Origin: Acutalibacteraceae bacterium
GTDB lineage: Bacteria > Bacillota > Clostridia > Oscillospirales > Acutalibacteraceae
Direction: 5' to 3'
Length of the DNA stretch: 41,972 nucleotides
Assembly: GCA_045661005.1 (NCBI GenBank)
Contig: JAZREW010000017.1
Span: forward strand, 1 to 41,972
Of this stretch, positions 35,511-41,972 are shown piece by piece; within the stretch, counting starts at the first letter, position 1; each line of letters begins with the position of its first letter. A program made the translations under genes and the position numbers. The notes below the pieces were generated by a model that saw nothing but the letters and a program-made list of their open reading frames with translations, was not told the origin of the DNA and ran no database searches.

Positions 35511-37420
35511 TAGTGCCAATGAAAAAAGTTTCTCTTATTATAAGAGCAGATAAAAAGAACGAAGCCTTAAAAAAGCTACGCAAGCTAGGTATTATTCATA
35601 TTGAGATAACCGAGGGTGCGGGCGAAAAGCTGGCCTTATTGAAAGATAGAATAGCTTTGCTTGAAAGTTCAGTTTTTGCTATAGGTAAAGACAAGAATGT
35701 TGAGCAAAAAGCTATAAACGCTGAAGAGGCTTTGTCTGTTGCAACCACAGTTGCCACTCTGGATGAAGAAAGAAAGCTGTGCCAGGCAGAAAGAATTGCA
35801 CTTAATTCAGAGCTTGACCGACTTAAAAATTGGGGCAGTATAGACCCTGACGCTATAAGTGATTTAAAAGCAAAGGGCGTTGAAATTGAGCTTTACGAAA
35901 TGCCGAGAGCGGAATACGAATTGCTTGGTGACAATGTTAAAACCGTATTGCTTGACAAAACAAAATCTACTGTTAGATTTATGTTAGTAAAAGCAGGTTT
36001 AGAAAACGAAGAAGAAACCATAGCATCAATTAATGTTTACCGTTTGGCATTGCCGCAAAAATCCACCGAAGAAATGCTTGAAAGGCTTAAGGAATTGGGC
36101 GCTCGTATTGAGAAAATTGATGAGCATATTTCTTCACAGACCTGTTATACCGAAAGCATAACAAATGCAATAAAGGCTACAGAAAGAGAAATTGAATTTG
36201 AAATTTACAACACGGGCATGTCAAACCAAGAGTTGTCATGTGATAGTGAAAAATCAATTTCTATTGCCTACTTTAAAGGATATATTGAAGCGGAAAATGT
36301 TGAAAAGCTAAAAGAAACTGCCGCCAATAATTCTTGGGGACTTCTTATAGAAGACCCAAGCGAAGAGGATAATGTACCCACAAAGCTTAAAAATAATAAG
36401 TTTGTAAGCCTTATTTATCCTTTGACCGACTTTTTGGGTACAGTTCCCGGATATTTTGAATACGATATTTCCGGTTGGTTTTTAGCTTTTATACTGATTT
36501 TCTTTGGTATAATTTTTGGCGACGGCGGCTACGGCTTAATGATATGTGCAGTAGCGTTAATTCCAATTATTAAATCGATTGTTGCGAAAAAACCTGTTTC
36601 ACCCATGTTTTTACTTGTAGGGTTATTTGGTCTTTCTACGGTAGTGTGGGGAACACTTACTTGCACTTGGTTCGGGCTTTCGCCTGAGCAGTTGCCAAGT
36701 CTGCTTAAAAACTTATCGATACCCGTAATATCTAACGTTTATGCCGATAAACTGTGGCAACCATTCTGGGTAGAGGGTACGGTTGGGCTTACCACCGCTC
36801 AAAATTTACAAATTTTCTGTTTCTCGCTAGCGCTTATACAGTTAACCGTAGCGCATATAAAGGGTGCGGCAAGAAACAAGGGTTCGCTTAAAATGCTTGG
36901 CGATATAGGTTCAATATTACAGCTTTTAGGTATATACTATTTGGTGCTAAGCCTTGTTGTTAACGCTCAAGTGTTCAGCTTTGGACTTATAATTGGCGGT
37001 ATACCTGTAGGAACCGTAGCAATAGCGCTTATAGGCGTGGGCTTTGTGCTTAGCTTTGTATTTTCAAATTATGAGGGAAGTATAATAAAATCTATACTTT
37101 CAAGCCTTACAAATATTGTTTCGGTTTTGCTTGGCGTTGTAAATGTTTTTTCAGACATTGTTTCGTATATACGCCTTTGGGCAGTTGGACTTGCGGGCGC
37201 CGCAATTTCTGCTACTGTTAACGAGTTAGCAGGACCGCTGCTCGGCAATTTTATGTTTATGGTAATTGCCATTATTCTTTTGGTGTTTGGTCACGGACTA
37301 AACATGATATTGAATATTCTATCGGTTATTGTACACGGCATACGTCTTAACACCTTGGAATTTTCCTCACATTTAGATATGTCGTGGAGCGGGCACAAAT
37401 TTAAACCTTTCGAAGAATAA
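35507..37420 (+). CDS. ntpI: V-type ATPase subunit I (a-subunit, stator/ion channel)
   Basis: ATGA overlap with ntpD. It starts MIVPMKKVSLI and has a ~300-aa soluble N-terminal half followed by about 7 TM helices, with the conserved Arg region SYIRLWAVGLAG. Confidence 0.9.
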   Translation: MIVPMKKVSLIIRADKKNEALKKLRKLGIIHIEITEGAGEKLALLKDRIALLESSVFAIGKDKNVEQKAINAEEALSVATTVATLDEERKLCQAERIALNSELDRLKNWGSIDPDAISDLKAKGVEIELYEMPRAEYELLGDNVKTVLLDKTKSTVRFMLVKAGLENEEETIASINVYRLALPQKSTEEMLERLKELGARIEKIDEHISSQTCYTESITNAIKATEREIEFEIYNTGMSNQELSCDSEKSISIAYFKGYIEAENVEKLKETAANNSWGLLIEDPSEEDNVPTKLKNNKFVSLIYPLTDFLGTVPGYFEYDISGWFLAFILIFFGIIFGDGGYGLMICAVALIPIIKSIVAKKPVSPMFLLVGLFGLSTVVWGTLTCTWFGLSPEQLPSLLKNLSIPVISNVYADKLWQPFWVEGTVGLTTAQNLQIFCFSLALIQLTVAHIKGAARNKGSLKMLGDIGSILQLLGIYYLVLSLVVNAQVFSFGLIIGGIPVGTVAIALIGVGFVLSFVFSNYEGSIIKSILSSLTNIVSVLLGVVNVFSDIVSYIRLWAVGLAGAAISATVNELAGPLLGNFMFMVIAIILLVFGHGLNMILNILSVIVHGIRLNTLEFSSHLDMSWSGHKFKPFEE

Positions 37421-37443
37421 ATAGATTATAAAGGAGAATTATT

Positions 37444-37869
37444 ATGAATTTAGGATTATTGGGAACAGCTTTGGCAATGGGTATTGCCGCAATTGGATCT
37501 GCTATAGGTATTGGTATTGCCGGTCAGGCTTCTATCGGCGCTTGGAAAAAGTGCTATATGAGCAATAAAGCCGCACCGTTTATTCTTACCGTTTTTGCAG
37601 GTGCGCCGCTTACACAAACTATTTACGGTTTTCTTTTAATGCAACAGATGAAGGCTTCTGCCGCTGACCCTGCATTCTTATTTGGTCTTGGAATAGCATC
37701 AGGCGTGGCAATGGCGTTTTCTGCGGTATTTCAGGGCAAAGCAGGTGCAGCAGGTGCAGATGCTTTGGCTGAAACCGGCAAAGGCTTTTCACAGTACATT
37801 ACCGTTGTAGGTCTTTGTGAAACTGTTGCTTTGTTTGCACTTGTTTTCAGCATGGTAGCTTTAGGATAA
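37444..37869 (+). CDS. ntpK: V-type ATPase proteolipid subunit K (c), Na+-signature bearing
   Basis: 141 aa and four Gly/Ala-rich TM helices. The motifs PLTQTIYGF, FSAVFQGKAGAAG and GLCETVALF match, from memory, the Enterococcus hirae NtpK motifs PGTQGLYGF, FSGIAQGKVAAAG and AMVETYAILGF. Confidence 0.9.
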   Translation: MNLGLLGTALAMGIAAIGSAIGIGIAGQASIGAWKKCYMSNKAAPFILTVFAGAPLTQTIYGFLLMQQMKASAADPAFLFGLGIASGVAMAFSAVFQGKAGAAGADALAETGKGFSQYITVVGLCETVALFALVFSMVALG

Positions 37870-37870
37870 A

Positions 37871-39229
37871 ATGAGAAAACAACGGCTTAGGGTATCAACA
37901 ACGCATATTATATTGTTAAGCTTTTTTGCGGCAATATTTATAGGCGCTTTGTTGCTTTCACTTCCCATAAGCTCTGCTGGCGGGAAATCAACACCGTTTA
38001 TTGATGCACTTTTTACCGCAACTACATCTACCTGTGTTACGGGTTTAGTTGTAATGCCCACCGTTTCAGCCTGGAGTGTTTTTGGTCAGGTAGTAATTTT
38101 AATACTAATTCAAATCGGCGGTCTTGGCGTAATAACCATTATGTCAGGAATAATGATACTGCTTCACAAAAAAATGGGAATTGGGGACAGATTGTTGTTG
38201 CAAGACGCTTTCAATCTCAATTCGCTTTCGGGTCTTATTCGGTTTGTTAAAAAAGTGGTTAATGGCACGCTTATTGTAGAGGGTGTTGGCGCACTTTTGT
38301 ATATGACGGTGTTTGTGCCGGATTTTGGTGCTAAAGGAATATGGATATCGGTGTTTACATCTGTTTCTGCCTTTTGTAATGCCGGTATAGATATTATTGC
38401 TTCAAACAGTTTGTGCAATTATGCACTTAATCCTATAGTTAATATAGTAACCGGCGTTTTAATTATTTTAGGCGGTATAGGCTATATTGTATGGTGGGAT
38501 GTAATACGTATTCTAAAACAAAAACGAATAAAAAAGTTAAAGCTTTTTAATGCACTTACTTTGCACAGTAAAATTGCAATTGTTACAACCTTGCTTTTAA
38601 TTTTTATAGGTGCGTTTTTGATTTTTGTGTTTGAATATAATAATCCGCAAACCATGAGCAACTATACGTTGTTTCAAAAAATAGAGGTAGCTTTGTTTCA
38701 ATCGGTAACCACAAGAACGGCAGGTTTTGCTTCAGTACCGCAAGAAAATTTAACAAACGCTTCATCAATTGTGTGTTTGTTGTTAATGTTTGTAGGCGGT
38801 TCGCCTGTGGGTACTGCGGGCGGTATTAAAACCGTCACATTTGCGGTGCTTATTGCATCGGCTATTGCCTCTATTCGCAATAAAGAAGATACCGAAGTGT
38901 TTGGAAGACAGCTTACAAAACAGGCGGTTAGCAAAGCGGTGGCGGTTACCTGTATGTCGTTTATTATATTGTTTGTTTCTACGGTTTTGCTTTCGGCAGT
39001 TACAAATGCTGATATGCTTGATATTGTTTACGAAACCGTAAGTGCAACCGCAACAGTTGGTCTTACAAGAAATCTTACTACTTCGCTAGATACCGTAGGC
39101 AAACTTATTATTATTGTAACTATGTATCTTGGCAGGGTAGGGCCAATATCATTAGCCGTTGCATTTAAACGAAATAAAGATAATCAAAATATAGTAAGAA
39201 ACCCAACAGAAGAAATAAGTGTTGGCTGA
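37871..39229 (+). CDS. ktrB: TrkH/KtrB-family K+ uptake membrane subunit
   Basis: It starts 1 nt after the ntpK stop. It is polytopic, with repeated selectivity-filter-like loops (TATTSTCVTGL, FCNAGIDI, TRTAGFASV, SATATVGLT) as in Trk/Ktr/HKT proteins. Confidence 0.88.
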   Translation: MRKQRLRVSTTHIILLSFFAAIFIGALLLSLPISSAGGKSTPFIDALFTATTSTCVTGLVVMPTVSAWSVFGQVVILILIQIGGLGVITIMSGIMILLHKKMGIGDRLLLQDAFNLNSLSGLIRFVKKVVNGTLIVEGVGALLYMTVFVPDFGAKGIWISVFTSVSAFCNAGIDIIASNSLCNYALNPIVNIVTGVLIILGGIGYIVWWDVIRILKQKRIKKLKLFNALTLHSKIAIVTTLLLIFIGAFLIFVFEYNNPQTMSNYTLFQKIEVALFQSVTTRTAGFASVPQENLTNASSIVCLLLMFVGGSPVGTAGGIKTVTFAVLIASAIASIRNKEDTEVFGRQLTKQAVSKAVAVTCMSFIILFVSTVLLSAVTNADMLDIVYETVSATATVGLTRNLTTSLDTVGKLIIIVTMYLGRVGPISLAVAFKRNKDNQNIVRNPTEEISVG

Positions 39230-39244
39230 TAAGGGGGAATTTTT

Positions 39245-39895
39245 ATGAGTATTAATAAAACCTATGCCGTGTTAGGTCTCGGCAGATACGGAACAGCCGT
39301 TGCCGAAGAGCTTGTTAAAAACGGTGTAGAGGTATTAGCGGTTGACATTGACCAAAACAATGTTAATAGTGCCATTGAAACTATCCCCGTATGCAAATGT
39401 GCAGATATTACCGAGCCCGAAGCTATAAAAAGGCTTGGCATTTCCAATATTGATGTTGTAATTGTAGCTATGGCAAGTAATCTTGAGGCTAGCGTTATGG
39501 CTATAACTCTTTGTAAAGAGGTGGGTGTGCCTACCGTTATAGTTAAATGCGGAAACGAAATGCACCAAAAGATTTTCAGCCGTGTGGGTGCCGATAAGGT
39601 AATTTTCCCTGAAAAAGAATCGGGAACCCGCCTTGCTAAAAATCTGCTAACATCGGGCTTTTCAGAAATGATAGAGCTTTCTGATGAGGTTTCTATGGTT
39701 GAAATTGGTATAAAAGATGAGTGGGTTGGTAAAACTTTAATTGAGTTAAGTCTGCGTAAAAAATATTCAATTAATGTTGTGGCTATACGAATTGGTGATA
39801 AAATTAATACTACCGTTGACCCCACTCTGCCTTTAGAAAAAGGAATGGAGCTTATAGTTATTGCAAACACCGCCAAATTACAAAAATTAAAATAA
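39245..39895 (+). CDS. ktrA: TrkA/KtrA-family K+ uptake regulatory subunit (RCK: TrkA_N + TrkA_C)
   Basis: RBS AAGGGGGA. Rossmann motif YAVLGLGRYGTAVAEELVKNGVEVLAVDID. 216 aa, which is KtrA size. Confidence 0.88.
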   Translation: MSINKTYAVLGLGRYGTAVAEELVKNGVEVLAVDIDQNNVNSAIETIPVCKCADITEPEAIKRLGISNIDVVIVAMASNLEASVMAITLCKEVGVPTVIVKCGNEMHQKIFSRVGADKVIFPEKESGTRLAKNLLTSGFSEMIELSDEVSMVEIGIKDEWVGKTLIELSLRKKYSINVVAIRIGDKINTTVDPTLPLEKGMELIVIANTAKLQKLK

Positions 39896-39911
39896 TTACA
39901 GGGTGAGGGTT

Positions 39912-40130
39912 ATGAAAAATAAAAAATTAACCGCTCCTATTGTGGTTACTGTACTTGTGATTTTATATTATATTGTTTACTTTGGCTTTTTAATTTCTTT
40001 ACTAGAGGGCGTATGGAAATATGCTTTGGGTATTTTTCCGTTAGCTTTTTCGGCAGTAATGGTCAAGGTTTGCATAGAACGAATAAATGAAGTTAAGAAA
40101 GGTGAAGAAGATGATCTTAGTAAATACTGA
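39912..40130 (+). CDS. Small two-TM membrane protein of unknown function
   Basis: About 72 aa from the ATG (the ORF track begins at GTG 39903). Two hydrophobic helices are followed by an acidic tail KKGEEDDLSKY. It is supported only by ORF structure and context. Confidence 0.45.
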   Translation: MKNKKLTAPIVVTVLVILYYIVYFGFLISLLEGVWKYALGIFPLAFSAVMVKVCIERINEVKKGEEDDLSKY

Positions 40131-40425
40131 TTACATAAGCGGAAAAGAGCTTGAAATGTTGGGGCTTGTAAAGGGTAGTACTATCCAGTCAAAACATATT
40201 GGTAAGGATATTTCTCAAAGCTTCAAAACCTTAGTAGGTGGTGAGCTTACAGCCTATAACGAAATGATGAACGAGGCTCGTGCTCTTGCTACAAAAAGAA
40301 TGGTAGTAGAGGCTGAGGCTCTCGGTGCAGATGCTATTGTTAACATCCGTTATGCTTCATCTGCTATTATGCAGGGTGCGGCAGAGGTAATAGCTTACGG
40401 CACCGCAGTAAAATTCGCAAAATAA
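40111..40425 (+). CDS. YbjQ/UPF0145 family protein (putative heavy-metal-binding domain)
   Basis: MILVNTDYISGKELEMLGLVKGS...GGEL..Y......AR..A..RM...A..LGADAIVNIRY is the typical YbjQ pattern. The internal ATG at 40111 gives the family-typical N-terminus and overlaps the upstream small ORF by 20 nt. Confidence 0.8.
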   Translation: MILVNTDYISGKELEMLGLVKGSTIQSKHIGKDISQSFKTLVGGELTAYNEMMNEARALATKRMVVEAEALGADAIVNIRYASSAIMQGAAEVIAYGTAVKFAK

Positions 40426-40452
40426 TACAAAACAGATTCTTTATAAAAAAAC

Positions 40453-40486
40453 AGAGCTATCTTTTTTGCAGATGGCTCTTTTTTTT
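40453..40486 (+). terminator. Rho-independent terminator ending the V-ATPase/Ktr/YbjQ transcription unit
   Basis: AGAGCTATC (40453-40461) pairs with GATGGCTCT (40471-40479, one G-U) around a 9-nt loop and is followed by T7. Confidence 0.8.
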
Positions 40487-40493
40487 ATGAATC

Positions 40494-40522
40494 TTGAAAA
40501 AGCTTTTTTAATATGTTATATT
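40494..40522 (+). promoter_or_regulatory. Sigma-A-type promoter for the downstream lipoprotein gene
   Basis: TTGAAA (40494-40499), a 17-nt spacer ending in TGT, and TATATT (40517-40522). Confidence 0.5.
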
Positions 40523-40576
40523 AAGTATAGCAGCCTATAAGGGTTTAGCAATTGTTGCAGAAAAGGAGTCGGATTT

Positions 40577-41944
40577 ATGAAAAAGCTTATAGCCTTTTTT
40601 ATGTGTTTTGCGATAGTTTTTTTAATGTCAGCTTGTAAAAAGAGTAATGTTGTGTCTGGAAGCGATTCGGCATCTATTGTTACTGATAGTGCAGAAATTG
40701 TAACCGAAAACGAAACCGGCACAAGCAGTAACTCGCTCAACTCATCCCAAACTGTAACATCCGGCTCTGATTCAGAAGATGATAATTCTTCGAATGATGC
40801 TGAATCCGAACAGGTAGAGTCAAACGGCACCGCAAATCAAAACTCTAATCAAATAACTAATGAAAAAACGACTACAACACAAGGCTCGTATGAAGATATA
40901 GAGTGTGTTAAATCATATGGCTTTAAGAAGATTAATTTTACAACGCCAAACTCTAAAACTATAATTTGCATTACAATGCCTGAAGAATGGAAACTTGTAA
41001 AAACTAATAACGGATATGATGTGCAAAAAAATTCAAAAGTTATTGGAAATATTGCTACTGCTGTTAAAAAGAATGAAAATGCCGTTAATGAATTTTTTGG
41101 CAATATTTCGGCCGGCGGTGTAGAAATAACCCACAGTATTGACCGTGTGAATGATGCATATACCAGAACACTATGTTATAATTACAAGGATGAGAGCGGC
41201 AATCAAAAAAGTATAGTTTTAACCATACCTTATAAAGAACTTGATTCTGCTGCTGTTATTAAAACTATGGAAGAAACTCAAAAGGTTTTAGCTAGCACAG
41301 AAAAAAATATGGGCGTGCTTAAAATAGAGGATAATAGGTATAGAATTCTGATTTTAGGCAACAGCTTTGTAAATACTTCACGTATAGGCAATATACTGCA
41401 GGCAATGTGCAAAACGGATTTGCTTGTAGAGGCTCATTCAAGAGGATATGCAAGTATTGCCACATATACGGCAGATGCCAGCATGATAAATAGCATAAGT
41501 GGCGGTAATTATTCGGCCGTGTTTATGTGTGGATTTTACGGTCATTCAGACACTTCGGAATTTGCAACTATAGTTAATGCATGCGAAAGTTCCAATACAA
41601 AGCTTGCTATTTTTCCTGCACATAATGAAACCGGTTCTGTAATTGAAAATTCTATAGCTATGTATCCTAATGTTGTGGTTCTTAATTGGAAAACCGAAAT
41701 TGACAATTTTATAGGCATTGGAATTGATAGCTCGAACTTTTGTATTGCTGATAGTCACAAGCATAGTACACCGCTTGCGGGGTATATTGGAGCTCATATG
41801 ATATACCGTGCAATTTTCAATAAAATTCCTGAAACAACATCTTTTAACGATGTTTCGAAAGCTCAAATTGATTTATTGGGTGATTATTCTAAAAGCGGTT
41901 CAATAGAACTGTTTGCAAAAAGCTCGGTTTATTTAATAGAGTAG
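40577..41944 (+). CDS. Lipoprotein of unknown function with Ser/Asp/Asn-rich linker; the C-terminal half may be SGNH/DUF4886-like
   Basis: RBS AAAGGAG. Lipobox FLMSAC. A low-complexity linker of about 90 aa. The block YRILILGNSFVNTSRIG, and later AIFPAHNE and ADSHKHSTPLAGY, are reminiscent of SGNH-like hydrolase blocks (a weak match). Confidence 0.55.
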   Translation: MKKLIAFFMCFAIVFLMSACKKSNVVSGSDSASIVTDSAEIVTENETGTSSNSLNSSQTVTSGSDSEDDNSSNDAESEQVESNGTANQNSNQITNEKTTTTQGSYEDIECVKSYGFKKINFTTPNSKTIICITMPEEWKLVKTNNGYDVQKNSKVIGNIATAVKKNENAVNEFFGNISAGGVEITHSIDRVNDAYTRTLCYNYKDESGNQKSIVLTIPYKELDSAAVIKTMEETQKVLASTEKNMGVLKIEDNRYRILILGNSFVNTSRIGNILQAMCKTDLLVEAHSRGYASIATYTADASMINSISGGNYSAVFMCGFYGHSDTSEFATIVNACESSNTKLAIFPAHNETGSVIENSIAMYPNVVVLNWKTEIDNFIGIGIDSSNFCIADSHKHSTPLAGYIGAHMIYRAIFNKIPETTSFNDVSKAQIDLLGDYSKSGSIELFAKSSVYLIE

Positions 41945-41972
41945 ATATTGAATAATAAAAAAATTCCTTTAT

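Noticed and set aside
39262-39876. A 204-aa ORF on the minus strand almost exactly co-extensive with ktrA.
   Set aside because: Its Ser/Thr/Ile-rich composition is typical of the antisense frame of a real gene. It has no RBS and no recognisable motif, whereas the + strand product has a clear Rossmann/RCK signature. I treat it as a shadow ORF.
1-41972. I looked for CRISPR arrays, tRNA/rRNA genes, IS elements, integrases, phage genes, toxin-antitoxin pairs and defence-system hallmarks.
   Set aside because: I found no short direct-repeat/spacer arrays, no cloverleaf-like or rRNA-like conserved stretches, and no transposase, recombinase or nuclease-helicase type ORFs. The only repeats are the in-frame module repeats inside 11747-18609.

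Overview
AT-rich, gene-dense window in which every convincing gene is on the + strand. The style is low-GC Firmicute/Clostridia (AGGAGG-type RBSs, lipoboxes, a dockerin-like module). I found no rRNA, tRNA, CRISPR array, transposase or integrase. Block 1 (about 1-30209) is a roughly 30 kb unidirectional cluster that looks like a Gram-positive polysaccharide-utilisation locus. It holds two sugar-ABC permease pairs, two solute-binding proteins, a YesM/YesN-type sensor kinase and AraC response regulator, arrays of CBM-like beta-sandwich modules and several surface-anchoring devices. I cannot recognise any classical glycoside hydrolase, lyase or esterase family in it. The candidate catalysts are unassigned instead. 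(a) A roughly 300-aa domain is present four times: two tandem cytoplasmic paralogs, a CBM-plus-dockerin version and a membrane-anchored version. (b) An NHL-propeller/TPR/Yip1 membrane protein sits next to an 858-aa secreted protein, between the two permease pairs. (c) A cytoplasmic FAD oxidoreductase with a discoidin-like tail is followed by two xylose-isomerase-like TIM-barrel proteins, one of which has lost its metal-ligand residues. Block 2 (30210-40486) is a seven-gene V-type ATPase operon (E, DUF2764-like, A, B, D, I, K). Its K subunit keeps the Na+-binding signature, and the operon runs straight into KtrB/KtrA-type K+ uptake genes, a small membrane protein and a YbjQ-family gene. A lipoprotein gene closes the window. 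The four-copy unassigned domain and the cluster built around it are my best candidate for an undescribed system. All family assignments are made by eye from motifs and need profile or structure searches.
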